DNA of 64,000 nt. Origin: an uncultured delta proteobacterium (lineage in GTDB: Bacteria; Desulfobacterota; Desulfobaccia; Desulfobaccales; 0-14-0-80-60-11). The DNA is taken from the NCBI GenBank assembly GCA_963812015.1, contig CAWETI010000002.1, positions 512,001 through 576,000 of the forward strand. Direction: 5' to 3'. Position numbers and translations under genes: made by a program. This document shows, piece after piece, positions 47,948 to 58,229 of this stretch. Position 1 is the first letter of the stretch. Each line of letters begins with the position of its first letter. Below the pieces are notes generated by a model. It ran no database searches. It was not told the origin of the DNA and worked only from the letters and a program-made list of their open reading frames with translations.

Positions 47948-48381
47948 TAGATTAGCAATTCGTGCAACATCCCTTCATCGATGGATTCTTCCAACTCTTT
48001 ACGATGGGACTCAAAGGTGGCGCGGTCCCAAATTTCAAAGCAACGGATGGCCCCCACCAGGCAGACTTCCCGGCTGAGGCTGGCATAATCCCTCAGGTTG
48101 GGGGGCACCAGGATGCGGCCCTGGCGATCCAGGACGCATTCCTCGACCCCGGAAATCAGGAACCGCTGGAATGCCCTCAGGTCTTTGCGAAAGAGGGGCT
48201 GCTCGGCAAATTTGGCCTCGATTTTGCTCCATTCGGTTTGTGGGAAGGCCAGGACGTAACCGCCGAAATTAGTGAGGATGATCTGACGATCCTTGCGGTC
48301 CTTAAGGATCTCGCGGTAGCGGGACGGGATGCTGACCCGACCTTTGTTATCCATAGTATGGAAGTAGCTACCGGTGAACAT
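47947..48381 (-). CDS. mraZ: Transcriptional regulator MraZ
   Basis: DNKGRVSIP and DRQGRILVP repeats, FEIWD. Confidence 0.96.
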   Translation of the reverse strand: MFTGSYFHTMDNKGRVSIPSRYREILKDRKDRQIILTNFGGYVLAFPQTEWSKIEAKFAEQPLFRKDLRAFQRFLISGVEECVLDRQGRILVPPNLRDYASLSREVCLVGAIRCFEIWDRATFESHRKELEESIDEGMLHELLI

Positions 48382-48459
48382 ATTCCCCCATTAATCCCCA
48401 CTCTATTCCACTTTTTCCCACATGGAGCTAAAATACGCCTTCCCTTAGGGCGATGTCAA
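48382..48459 (-). promoter_or_regulatory. dcw promoter with MraZ-binding direct repeats
   Basis: Minus strand TTGACA (48459-48454), 18 bp, TATTTT; then GTGGG/GTGGA/GTGGG/ATGGG at a 10-bp period before the ATG. Confidence 0.8.
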
Positions 48460-48765
48460 GAAAAATAATCACAAAAAAAGCACTCCATCCCCGGGAAAAA
48501 TCTCCTGTGGGCCGCGTATTTTATAGGAGGGCGTGGGAAGGGGGATCGTGGACCCCTGTTTCAGGGATGCGGAGCCGGGCGCGGTGGCGCCGGCAATTAC
48601 GGAAGAGGTTGGCCTAATTGAATAGATTAGATAATAATATCAATGAGATATATAAATAAGTGGGAGGGTGGCCCAGGTTCACCCAGGCGGGGAGTGGACT
48701 GCGAAGTCACGGCTGGGGGCTGTCTTAAGAGCCCCGATGTGCTTGGGCATTTTTCCGGAGTTCTG

Positions 48766-49221
48766 TTAAAGGGTCGGCTCCAGACTGTCCAGATAGCTTT
48801 GCAAAATGAGGACCGCGGCCAGTTGATCCACCACCTGGCGCCGGCGTCGGCGGCTGACGTCCGCCTGAATCAGCAGCCGTTCGGCCGCCACGGTGGTGAG
48901 GCGTTCATCCCAAAAGATGACCTCTCCTCCCAGGGCCTCGCCCAGGGCCCCGGCGAACTCCTCGATTTCCGGGGCCGCGGCCCCCGGCTGACCGTTCATG
49001 TGGCGGGGCAGGCCCACCACAATCTGTTGCACGTTATAGTCTCGAGCCACCTGAAGGAGGTGGTCCAGGTCCGCCTCCCGGCCCCGGCGGACCCAAACTT
49101 CCAGCCCCTGGGCCGTGATTCCCAAAGGGTCGCTCACCGCCAGGCCGATGCGCTTAGCGCCCATATCCAGACCGAGAATGCGTCTGGCCTCGCGCTTGGG
49201 GAAAGACTGATCGGTTTCCAT
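48766..49221 (-). CDS. ruvX: YqgF/RuvX pre-16S rRNA nuclease
   Basis: LGLDMGAKRIGLAVSD, VVGLP, WDERLTT, DQLAAVLILQ. Confidence 0.95.
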   Translation of the reverse strand: METDQSFPKREARRILGLDMGAKRIGLAVSDPLGITAQGLEVWVRRGREADLDHLLQVARDYNVQQIVVGLPRHMNGQPGAAAPEIEEFAGALGEALGGEVIFWDERLTTVAAERLLIQADVSRRRRRQVVDQLAAVLILQSYLDSLEPTL

Positions 49222-49261
49222 AATAAGGTCTCAGACATCACTCATGCGTTGGATTGATGAC

Positions 49262-50512
49262 TCAGCCGCGCCCCGTCTCGGAGGCATGGTAGCCTGCCAT
49301 GATCCCCACCTGCACGTGAAAGAGCCAGTTGACCGGGGGGATGAGGAGGGAATCGTAGCTCAGGGAGTGGATAGCGAAGCCGAGCACAATGAGCACCCGG
49401 TACCACCCCAGGGTGGAGGATTCCGGTGAAGACCTCAATTTTCGACAATATCTTATTACAATGCCAATGACCAGGCCAAAATATAAGAGGGTCATCAACC
49501 CCCCCATCTCCACCAGGGCGGTAAGCGCCATATTATCGAAGGTGTGGATGCTGGCGACCACTTGAGGGAAATTATGGAGCGCCTGATCATGGAGTCGGTA
49601 ACCGGATAGATAGCGATTCTGGGTAAAAGAACGCAAGCCGATTCCCATGATCGGGCGGGTTTCCCAGATGTGCAGGGCAAAATTATATAACTCCAGGCGA
49701 TGCAGGATGCTCACATCATGAGGAATTTTCGGGTCCAGGCGGGCCACCTGGCGCCTGGCTTCCAGAGGCAGGATCAGGGCAATAGCCAAAAGCCCGGCTA
49801 AGATAAGGTAGCGGTGTCGACGGCCGTGGTAAATCATCCACCCCACCAGCATGGCGGCCAGGGCCAGCCAGGTCCCCCGCTTGTGGGTAAGAAAAATCAG
49901 GATAACGCCCGACAGGACCAACAGCCAGCCAAGGAGCTTGGTGGGGGAATGTTGCCCGAGGATCAGGCGCACCGGGCCGGAAGACAGGAGGAGTATCACG
50001 GTTCCCAAGGGGATCGGATGCGCGGTAAAGGTCTGGAAGATCCCCGGGCCATGGTTGCCTTGGACCAGATAAACGATAATTTCCACCAGGACAATAACGG
50101 CCAGAGCGCCGGCACAGGACCAGTCGAAGATTTGGCGTCGGCGTTGATCCGTTAATAATAACATCGAAGTCCATAGGGCGAATATCCCGGTAAGCAGAAA
50201 GCTGCGCATGGGAGATATGGAGTTGGCTAGGGAATCGCTGAAATACGTGTTGAGCACCCCGAGAATTAATATCGAGACTATCAGGATGATTTCCAGGCGA
50301 TGTTCTCTAGTGGTAACCACCTGCCAGGAATAAACCAACCATAACATCAGCCAGGGGAATAAATAAATAATGACTTTAGTCAAGCGACTAAAATAGTTGC
50401 CCAATACATTGGGGGACCATAAGAAGATAATGTAAGCTCCGGAGCCAAGTAGGCAATAAAGGGCGAGTTGATTGAGGCGAGTGGGAGTGATGATACCTGA
50501 AAAATATTTCAT
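49262..50512 (-). CDS. O-antigen ligase family protein
   Basis: About 11-12 TM helices; LTHKRG, RLELY...PIMGIG, DNxxL...VEMG; C-terminal H. Confidence 0.8.
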   Translation of the reverse strand: MKYFSGIITPTRLNQLALYCLLGSGAYIIFLWSPNVLGNYFSRLTKVIIYLFPWLMLWLVYSWQVVTTREHRLEIILIVSILILGVLNTYFSDSLANSISPMRSFLLTGIFALWTSMLLLTDQRRRQIFDWSCAGALAVIVLVEIIVYLVQGNHGPGIFQTFTAHPIPLGTVILLLSSGPVRLILGQHSPTKLLGWLLVLSGVILIFLTHKRGTWLALAAMLVGWMIYHGRRHRYLILAGLLAIALILPLEARRQVARLDPKIPHDVSILHRLELYNFALHIWETRPIMGIGLRSFTQNRYLSGYRLHDQALHNFPQVVASIHTFDNMALTALVEMGGLMTLLYFGLVIGIVIRYCRKLRSSPESSTLGWYRVLIVLGFAIHSLSYDSLLIPPVNWLFHVQVGIMAGYHASETGRG

Positions 50513-50612
50513 AACCTTCTTAAACTATACTGTAATTGCTGCTCAGTATGAATAACGTATCATTTTGATAAGTTAAAAATAATCCGCTCGGCCGGTTTAC
50601 CATAATTCCCCT

Positions 50613-51236
50613 TTATTCATTGACTTGAGTCTCCCGCACCAATTTATTTAACTGGTCCGATAATTCATCCAGCCTGTCGTGGTATGCCTGCCAGCATGCC
50701 CGGTTCTCCTGGACTCGCTGCAACGTTTGGTCGATCTCCGACTTAGCTGGCGATGCTGCGCCGATATCCGCCCCTTGCAGCTCTAAAGACCGCTGCAGGG
50801 ATTTTAGCTGTGTGTCTATCAGGGGCAGCTTTCTGGCCACATACACCCGGGCTTTTTTGGCCGTCTGGAGCGTGGATTGCCAGGGTAACTCCGGCGTGAG
50901 CCGGACACTGGCGGCAGCCTGGGATGACGGTGAGAGGGATAATTTCCGCCCCGGTGGTGCCGCCGGAAGCTGGGCTCGATTTTCCCGCAGCGTTTTCAGT
51001 TTGTCAATTTCAGCCCGGAAAGATGTAAGCTCCTTTTTTACCTTTAAGCATTCCCCTTCGATCAAATGAAGCTTTTGTTCCTGGTATCGGCCGGGGAAGA
51101 AAAAGTTTTGCACTTCATAAACTTGGGACAACCCCAGGACAAAGACCAGGAGAAGCCCCATGGCGAGCAGCGCTTTCCCGCATCGAGAGCGATTAAGGTG
51201 TATGCCGGGCTGGTGGATTTTTTCCATTTTTTTCAT
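50613..51236 (-). CDS. Hypothetical membrane-anchored coiled-coil protein
   Basis: One hydrophobic helix followed by heptad-rich segments. Confidence 0.6.
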   Translation of the reverse strand: MKKMEKIHQPGIHLNRSRCGKALLAMGLLLVFVLGLSQVYEVQNFFFPGRYQEQKLHLIEGECLKVKKELTSFRAEIDKLKTLRENRAQLPAAPPGRKLSLSPSSQAAASVRLTPELPWQSTLQTAKKARVYVARKLPLIDTQLKSLQRSLELQGADIGAASPAKSEIDQTLQRVQENRACWQAYHDRLDELSDQLNKLVRETQVNE

Positions 51237-52815
51237 AAACGACCAATGGCGCTAATAATTCCATGGGAGGAATAAAGCGGTGATACAGAGGGTCGGGTTG
51301 ATTGCCGAAAACCTCGTCTTGGCCCGGCAGGATCACCGGCCGATAATCGTTCCCCTGCGAGAGGAGTTGCCTGATCAGTATCTCGGGTTCATTGAGGTCA
51401 TAATGGCGATTCCAGCGAGTGTCCCAACGCAGGACCATCCAGTCCGGGGGCCAGGTGAGGAGGGTTTGCCCTTCAAGACCCCCTAAGACCTTGAAGGAAG
51501 TATAAAACTGCAGGGGGAGATCACCGTAAGTCGTCAAAATAGTATCTCCCGGCTGAGCGTGAGTCTGAAAGAACTGAATAAGGTTTGCATTCACATCCGG
51601 ATAGGGCGAGCTCAATTCGGTGAGGTAAAGTTTTAAGGGGAAGTTGGGATAGATAAGCATATGCGGGTCATTGTGAATCGGGCGGTTTATCAGCCCCAAC
51701 CAACCCATGGGCAGCACGCAGAGCCAGTTGGTACCCAGCAGGAAAACCGCCAGGAGGGCGCCGGAAAATTTGTGATAGCGCCAGGCCCGGCAAACGATCC
51801 ACCCCAGGACTATGGCGCACAAAGGATAAAGGTGAACCAAATAGCGAAATTCACCCTGGGGGGCGGGAGTCAAAATCAAGATGTTGCCGAGCATCACCAA
51901 GCCCAGGAACAAGATATATCTTTCTTGAGGGGCTTCCGAAAGGCCTGAGCGGCTCCAGAGCATCCGTCCCCATCGCCACGCCAGGTATAAGGCCAGTGGC
52001 AGGGGGAACATAAATTGAAAAAAATCACCAAAATAGGTTACCAGATTAGCATGAATTGCCCCCAAGCTCACCATCGTGGCCTGCTGCTGGAGGCGAAACA
52101 AAAAACACCCCGGGAAAATGATGATTCCCGTGCCGATGATCAGTTTTAAGCTTCTGGCCAACGGCATGTCGGCGTGGTAAAGCAAAACCGCGGCCAGAAA
52201 AGCGGGACCGGTAAAACTGAGGAAGAGGAGATAATTCGTATAGAACAATAATCCCAAGGAGCAACACAATAAGAGAGCCGGCCCCGTTTTGGCTTGCCAG
52301 TCTGCCTTAAAGGCATAAAGACTCAGCAGGGTGAATAAAGCCCCCAAGCTGTAATAGCGGCATTGGCGGGCATACAGGAGAAAGGGCACGGAACAGGTTA
52401 ACAGGGCCGCGGCCACCCAGGCCCAGGCGCGGTCGCCAAAATTATGGCGCACCAACCGATAGACCAGGAAAATACACGCCAGGCCCAGCACCGCAAAGGG
52501 GAGACGGCCGGCGTAGGTGGTGAGACCGCCCAGGCGAAACGCGGCCGCGGCCACATAAATTTGCAGCCAGGGGGACCAGCGCCATAAAAAGTTTTCGTCA
52601 AACTCGTGCCCCTGTTCCTGGGAGATGATATTGGTCCCGTCATACGCCTGGGGCACGCCATATTTTAAGACATTTTTGGCCAAGCCGGCGGTCTCGGCTT
52701 CATCCTGCCAGAAAGGCCGGTGGTCCAGGTGAAACAGCAGGAGAAAGGCCCCCAGGGCCAAAATCAGGATGAGGGGGTAATATGATTGATACACCCGGTT
52801 GGAGGACTCAGCCAT
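51193..52815 (-). CDS. GT-C fold glycosyltransferase (ArnT/PMT-like)
   Basis: FWQDEAE acidic motif after TM1, GRLPFA, ARQCRYY, many TM helices. Confidence 0.85.
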   Translation of the reverse strand: MAESSNRVYQSYYPLILILALGAFLLLFHLDHRPFWQDEAETAGLAKNVLKYGVPQAYDGTNIISQEQGHEFDENFLWRWSPWLQIYVAAAAFRLGGLTTYAGRLPFAVLGLACIFLVYRLVRHNFGDRAWAWVAAALLTCSVPFLLYARQCRYYSLGALFTLLSLYAFKADWQAKTGPALLLCCSLGLLFYTNYLLFLSFTGPAFLAAVLLYHADMPLARSLKLIIGTGIIIFPGCFLFRLQQQATMVSLGAIHANLVTYFGDFFQFMFPLPLALYLAWRWGRMLWSRSGLSEAPQERYILFLGLVMLGNILILTPAPQGEFRYLVHLYPLCAIVLGWIVCRAWRYHKFSGALLAVFLLGTNWLCVLPMGWLGLINRPIHNDPHMLIYPNFPLKLYLTELSSPYPDVNANLIQFFQTHAQPGDTILTTYGDLPLQFYTSFKVLGGLEGQTLLTWPPDWMVLRWDTRWNRHYDLNEPEILIRQLLSQGNDYRPVILPGQDEVFGNQPDPLYHRFIPPMELLAPLVVYEKNGKNPPARHTP

Positions 52816-52973
52816 AACTTTTATCTTGGGGGGTACCAGGGAGGCGGTCTTTACACTAGGCGCATAAAGAACGGGTGCTGAAGCAAGACCGCTTCATCTT
52901 AAGTCATTCCCCGTGAGATTTCCACTTTTTTTAAAGAACCAGGCAAGCATTGGCCCGGCTTTGCTTGGCTGCG

Positions 52974-53381
52974 CTATTTGGACAACAGCCAGGCGGCCGC
53001 CAACGCCAGGGCGAGGCCGGCCAGATGGCGCAGGGTCAAGGCCTCCTGGAGGAAAATCCGGCTCAAGACCACGGCGACAGCCGGATAGAGGGCCGTGAGG
53101 GGCACCACCAGCGTGGCCGGGCCCCGGGCCAGGGCTTCGTAGAAAAAGAGCAGGGCCACGGCCATGGCAATACCGGAACCCAAAGCGGCCCCGACTCCCC
53201 AGGGTTGCCAGGCAACCGCCCCCAACCCCCCCACCAGGATATAGACCGCCACGAGCAGGTGCCCGGAAATGGCCAAGAGATAGACCACCTGGGAGGGCAG
53301 GTGCTGGGAGGCCACCTTGCCCAAAAAGGCCCACACGCCCCACAGTCCCAAAGCCACTAAGGAAAAGCCCAGCCAGTTCAT
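52974..53381 (-). CDS. EamA/DMT-family transporter (single repeat)
   Basis: WGVW, VVPLTALYP, FLQE; 5 TM helices; RBS GAGGA. Confidence 0.88.
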   Translation of the reverse strand: MNWLGFSLVALGLWGVWAFLGKVASQHLPSQVVYLLAISGHLLVAVYILVGGLGAVAWQPWGVGAALGSGIAMAVALLFFYEALARGPATLVVPLTALYPAVAVVLSRIFLQEALTLRHLAGLALALAAAWLLSK

Positions 53382-53512
53382 ATCCTCGCCCCCGGTCTTG
53401 CCAGCTAACGGTCTTTCATCTAATATACGAAAGTACGCCACGGTACAAGGATCAACTGCTTTTTGCCCCGATTCCGCCTCCACAGGAGCGCAGCCCCCGG
53501 CACGGGTGGACC

Positions 53513-54694
53513 ATGACCTGTCCTTCGGCCAGTCGCGAGATCGTCATCATCGGCGCCGGCCCGGCCGGGGCCACCCTGGCTTACGCCCTGCTTCAGGGGG
53601 GGGTGAAGCCCCTGGTCCTCGATCAGGCGGCTTTTCCCCGGGTCAAAGTCTGTGCCGGGGGCCTGACGGTCAAAGCCCTCAAGTTCCTGCCTCCGGATCT
53701 GGGCGCAATCCTGGAAAATGAGATCCGCCGGGTGCATTTGAGCTTCAACCTGGACGGCGCCTTCACCAAAGCCTCGCCTCAGGTTCTGCTCTATACCGTG
53801 GCGCGGCAACGGTTCGACGCCTTCCTGATGGAACGGGTGCGGCAAGCCGGGGGGGACTTCGGGGACGGGGAACGGGTCGAGCACATAACTCCGGGACCGG
53901 GAGACTTCTCCACCATTGTCACCTCCAGGCGGCTGATTAAGGCTCGGGTGGTGGTGGGAGCCGACGGCGCCCGGAGCCTGGTGGCGAGATGCAGCGGCTT
54001 GCAGCCGGTGGAGTTCTGGCACCTGGGGCTCCAGGTGGAAATCCCCCGGCAGCTGGTAAAAACCATCGACCCGGAGTTTTCCCGGACGATCTTTTTGGAC
54101 CTGGGCACCATGGCCGACGGCTATGGCTGGGGCTTTCCCCGGGGCGAGACCCTGGTCATCGGGGTGGGGGGCCCAATCCACCAGGGGCGGCAGCTCAAGC
54201 GGTATCATGCCCGTCTGCTGTCTCGCCTGGGCCTGGGGGACCAGGCCTTCCCCCTGGCGGCCCACCTCATCCCCCACCGGGTGACCCCCCGGCCAATCAT
54301 GAGGGGCCGGGTCCTCCTGGTGGGGGACGCCGCCGGCCTGGCGGATTACTGGACCGGGGAAGGGATCTTTTCGGCTTTACAAAGCGCCGACCTGGCGGCC
54401 CGGCAGATCCTCAGGTTTTTCCGGGGGGAGGCGGGGGCGCTCCCCGAATACCAGGCCAGGGTAGACCGGGAGATAACCCCGGGGCTGAGGGCCTCCTACC
54501 AATTTTCCAAGCTCTGCAACTACCTGGGCTCACTGGCCTTCAGATGCCTGGAGCACTATGATTATCCCTGGGAAGCATTCTGCCGCGTCATGCGGGGCGA
54601 CCGCTCCCTGTTGGAGGTCAAAAAAGGCTTCCGACCGGATATCTTAATCCGCAAACTCCTGGTAAAATCAGCTAGAAACCGAACGATCACCTGA
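53513..54694 (+). CDS. Geranylgeranyl-reductase-family flavoprotein
   Basis: GAGPAG, FPRVKVCAGG, GADG, GYGWGFP, GDAAG...TGEGI. Confidence 0.9.
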   Translation: MTCPSASREIVIIGAGPAGATLAYALLQGGVKPLVLDQAAFPRVKVCAGGLTVKALKFLPPDLGAILENEIRRVHLSFNLDGAFTKASPQVLLYTVARQRFDAFLMERVRQAGGDFGDGERVEHITPGPGDFSTIVTSRRLIKARVVVGADGARSLVARCSGLQPVEFWHLGLQVEIPRQLVKTIDPEFSRTIFLDLGTMADGYGWGFPRGETLVIGVGGPIHQGRQLKRYHARLLSRLGLGDQAFPLAAHLIPHRVTPRPIMRGRVLLVGDAAGLADYWTGEGIFSALQSADLAARQILRFFRGEAGALPEYQARVDREITPGLRASYQFSKLCNYLGSLAFRCLEHYDYPWEAFCRVMRGDRSLLEVKKGFRPDILIRKLLVKSARNRTIT

Positions 54695-54706
54695 AGAAAG
54701 GCAGCT

Positions 54707-55393
54707 ATGGCAGATATCATCGGGCACCGGGGAGCCCCGGCCTATGAGCCGGAAAACACCCTGCGCTCGTTCAGGCGAGCCCTGGCCATGGGAGTGGCCG
54801 CCGTGGAGTTGGACGTCCAGCTCACCAAAGATGGCCGGCTGGCCGTAATCCACGACGAGACCCTGGACCGGACCACCAACGGCAAAGGGCTGGTCAAGAA
54901 TTGCACCCTGGCGGAAATGCAGCGCCTCGATGCCGGCCGGGGAGAGCCGATCCCTTCTCTGGAAGAAGTCTTTGACCTGGTGCAGGGCAAAGCCCGCCTG
55001 ATGGTGGAATTGAAACAAACCGAGGCGGCCCCGGCCCTGCTGGAGTTTTTTCGCCAGCACCAGGCCTTCGACGCCGCCCGCGTCATCTCCTTCTGGCACC
55101 CGGCCGTCAAAGCCCTCAAGGAACAAGAGCCGCGCCTCGACACCGGCGTCCTCATGGTGGGATGCCCGGCGGACCCGGTGGGCCTGGCCCAAGCCGCCCG
55201 GGCCGACACCCTGGTCCTGAATTATCGTTACGTCAACCGGGAACTGGTGGACGCCGCCTGCCGGCAGGATATTAAGGTCATCGTCTGGAATATCGACGAT
55301 CCAGGCATCCTGAAGCCCTACCTGGCCATGAACCTGTACGCCATTTGCACCAACCGGCCCCAAGAGATTATCAATTATGTGAACAGTCATTGA
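54707..55393 (+). CDS. Glycerophosphodiester phosphodiesterase
   Basis: GHRG, PENT, ELDVQLTKD, HDETLDRTT. Confidence 0.93.
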   Translation: MADIIGHRGAPAYEPENTLRSFRRALAMGVAAVELDVQLTKDGRLAVIHDETLDRTTNGKGLVKNCTLAEMQRLDAGRGEPIPSLEEVFDLVQGKARLMVELKQTEAAPALLEFFRQHQAFDAARVISFWHPAVKALKEQEPRLDTGVLMVGCPADPVGLAQAARADTLVLNYRYVNRELVDAACRQDIKVIVWNIDDPGILKPYLAMNLYAICTNRPQEIINYVNSH

Positions 55394-55442
55394 AAAAGTC
55401 GGCGGGGCGAGCCTCCGGGCCCGCCATTGCAAACGAAAAATT

Positions 55443-58130
55443 ATGGAAGCAACCCCACAAACCTTGACCGGCCAATTCGCGGTGGTGTTTCGGGAGGCTG
55501 CCGATGCAGTGGCCCTCAATTACCGGGAAGGGGACACGATACGGGAGTACTCCTACGGCCAACTTTACCGGCGCAGCCTGGTTGTGGCCGGGTGGCTTCA
55601 GGCCCAAGGGGTGGAAAGGGGGGAGCGGGTGGCCATTCTCCTGGAGAACCGGCCCCAGTGGCCCCTGAGCTATTTCGGCGCGCTGTTGGCGGGTGCGGTG
55701 GCAGTCCCCCTGGATCCGGCCTCTCGCTGGGACCATATTCATTACGCCCTGGATCAGACCCGGGCCAAGATCATCTTCACCTTTCCCAAGGCCCCCCTCC
55801 CCCAGTTGCAGCAGCTGCCGTTCCTGGAAAAGGTCGTGGTGGTGGGCGAAACTGGAGAATCAGGCAGTAAAATCATCAAGTTCGCCGAAGTCTTGCAATC
55901 ATCCGGGAGTGAGGCAAGTCTTCCCGGGATGCGCCCCGAGGACCTGGCCTCCATCATCTATACCTCCGGCACCACCGGGATTCCCAAAGGGGTGATGCTC
56001 ACGCACCGGAATTTTTATGCCAATTACCGGGGAATCCTTAAATTAAACGTCATCCGGCCGGATGACAATTTTCTCTCCATCCTCCCCTTGCACCATGCTT
56101 TTCCTTTTACTGCCACGCTACTGCTGCCCCTTTTTTCCCGGGTGAAAATCACCTATCTGGATACCTTGAAGGCCGAAGCCATCTTAAAGTGCATCAAAGA
56201 GCAGAAGATCACCATCCTGGTGGTCACCCCCCAGGTTCTCCAGCATTTTTATCAAGGGATGCAGCGGCAGTTGGAGCTCATCCCCTGGCCATGGCGGCCT
56301 CTGCTCCTGGCCTATCTCAATCTTTCCTGGCGGTTGTCCGAATTTCTGGGAGTAAATCCCGCCAGGCCCCTCCTCCAGAAATTCCGCAGTGTCCTGGGGG
56401 AGCAGTTTCGCTTTTTTGTCAGTGGTGGGGCAAAACTGCCCGAGTCCCTGGGGGAGAATCTGGCCCGGTTGGGATTTACGGTGCTGGAAGGCTACGGCCT
56501 CACGGAGACCGCGCCGGTGGTTTCCTTCAATCCTCCGGAAGCCCCCCGCTTGGGGTCTGCGGGTCGGTGTCTTCCGGGGGTGGAAGTCATGATTCTCCAC
56601 CCGGACGCGACCGGCGTCGGCGAGGTCCTCATCCGGGGCGACAACCTCATGGCCGGGTATTTCCAAAATGAGGCCGCCACCCGGGAAGCCCTCGAAGACG
56701 GTTGGTTCCACAGCGGCGATCTGGGTTATTTCGACCGGGACGGTTACCTTTACATCCAGGGACGGATCAAGGATATTATCGTCCTCGCCTCAGGCAAGAA
56801 AGTATCCGCCGAGGAGGTGGGCCAGCACTACCTGAAGGCTCCTTCCCTCAAAGAGATTTTCGTAACCGCCGACGACCGCGCCGAAAAGCTGGCCGCATTG
56901 GTGGTGCCGGATCTGGATTTTTTCCGGAAAACCGGGGAAACGGATATTTATGACAAGGTGAAGTGGGACCTGGAGATGCTGTCTCAAGACCTGGAGCCCT
57001 ATGAGCGGGTGCGGGATGTTGTCCTGATCAACGAAGAGCTGCCCAAGACTCGTTTAGGAAAGGTCAAGATCCACGAGGCCCAGCGCCTCTACCGGGAGCG
57101 GGCCGGCCGACGGTACGACCGGAGAAAGCCGGCCGTGGAAGAAGGGTTGTCTCCGGTGGGCGAGACCGTGGTGGCGGTTTTGGCCCGCCAGCTTGGGGAC
57201 GTCCGCATCTTCCTGGACGACCATTTGGCGTTGGATTTGGGTCTGGATTCTCTGGGGCTGGTGGAACTGCTGGCAGCCCTGGAAAGTCAGTTCAACCTCA
57301 AGATCCGGGACGAAGACTTTACCGGAATTTTCACGGTCAGAGAGCTCATCGGCCTTATCGAAGCGAAAAATCCTGAAGCAGCAAAGGAGCCTGAAGAAGA
57401 AATGGCGGCTTGGAGCAGCATGCTGATGACCGATCCGCGTCCGGACTTGCTCCGGCGCCTCGGTATGGAAGGAGGGTTCACAGCCCGGATGGCCACCCAG
57501 GGGCTGGCGTCGGCATTAGGTTCCTGGTTTAAATGGATGTTCGACCTCAAGGTGTATGGCCGGGAGAGGCTAACGGACCAGGGGTATATCCTCTGCTCCA
57601 ACCACGCCAGCTTTTTGGATGGCTTCATCTTGGCTTATGCGGTCCCCGGCCCCCTGCGCCACCGCCTGTTTTCCCTGGGATACAGCGGGTATTTCGACGT
57701 GCCGGTGCTTCGAGACCTCCTCAAACTTATTCGGGTAATCCCGGTAGACTCAGCCCGGAATGTGGTGGCGGCCATGCAGGTGTCGTCGTATATTCTCAGG
57801 AATGGCCGGCTCCTGTCCATCTTCCCCGAAGGCTTCCGAACCCCCTCCGGGGAGGTGGGCCAATTTAAGAAGGGCGTAGCCATCCTGGCCAAGGAACTGG
57901 AGGTGAAGCTGGTCCCGGTTTATATTCAAGGCTCCTATGAAGCCTGGCCGCCGGGGGCAACCCTGCCCCGCCCCCGTCCCATCCAAGTGATTTTCGGGCG
58001 GGAGCATGCCTGGAAGGAGCTTAAAGACCGGGGCCTGGAGGTTGCCCCGGACGCGGCGGACTATGACGCCATCCGACTGGGCCTGCGGGAGGAAGTATTG
58101 AGGCTTAAAGAGGTCTTAGGGGGAAAATAG
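55443..58130 (+). CDS. Fused acyl-AMP/CoA ligase, acyl carrier and PlsC-like acyltransferase
   Basis: YTSGTTGIPKG and GYGLTE (adenylation), DLGLDSL (phosphopantetheine site), NHASFLD and FPEG (acyltransferase). Confidence 0.92.
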   Translation: MEATPQTLTGQFAVVFREAADAVALNYREGDTIREYSYGQLYRRSLVVAGWLQAQGVERGERVAILLENRPQWPLSYFGALLAGAVAVPLDPASRWDHIHYALDQTRAKIIFTFPKAPLPQLQQLPFLEKVVVVGETGESGSKIIKFAEVLQSSGSEASLPGMRPEDLASIIYTSGTTGIPKGVMLTHRNFYANYRGILKLNVIRPDDNFLSILPLHHAFPFTATLLLPLFSRVKITYLDTLKAEAILKCIKEQKITILVVTPQVLQHFYQGMQRQLELIPWPWRPLLLAYLNLSWRLSEFLGVNPARPLLQKFRSVLGEQFRFFVSGGAKLPESLGENLARLGFTVLEGYGLTETAPVVSFNPPEAPRLGSAGRCLPGVEVMILHPDATGVGEVLIRGDNLMAGYFQNEAATREALEDGWFHSGDLGYFDRDGYLYIQGRIKDIIVLASGKKVSAEEVGQHYLKAPSLKEIFVTADDRAEKLAALVVPDLDFFRKTGETDIYDKVKWDLEMLSQDLEPYERVRDVVLINEELPKTRLGKVKIHEAQRLYRERAGRRYDRRKPAVEEGLSPVGETVVAVLARQLGDVRIFLDDHLALDLGLDSLGLVELLAALESQFNLKIRDEDFTGIFTVRELIGLIEAKNPEAAKEPEEEMAAWSSMLMTDPRPDLLRRLGMEGGFTARMATQGLASALGSWFKWMFDLKVYGRERLTDQGYILCSNHASFLDGFILAYAVPGPLRHRLFSLGYSGYFDVPVLRDLLKLIRVIPVDSARNVVAAMQVSSYILRNGRLLSIFPEGFRTPSGEVGQFKKGVAILAKELEVKLVPVYIQGSYEAWPPGATLPRPRPIQVIFGREHAWKELKDRGLEVAPDAADYDAIRLGLREEVLRLKEVLGGK

Positions 58131-58229
58131 GTTCCATATCGGCAGACTTGAGATAGAATTATTGAGGCAAGGGCCGGGGCGGGTGCCCCTGGCTCTTTCC
58201 CCACGACAATCCTCCCGAAGGGATTAACC

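Noticed and set aside
48460..48765. Possible RNase P RNA upstream of mraZ
   Set aside because: No GAGGAAAGTCC signature on either strand.
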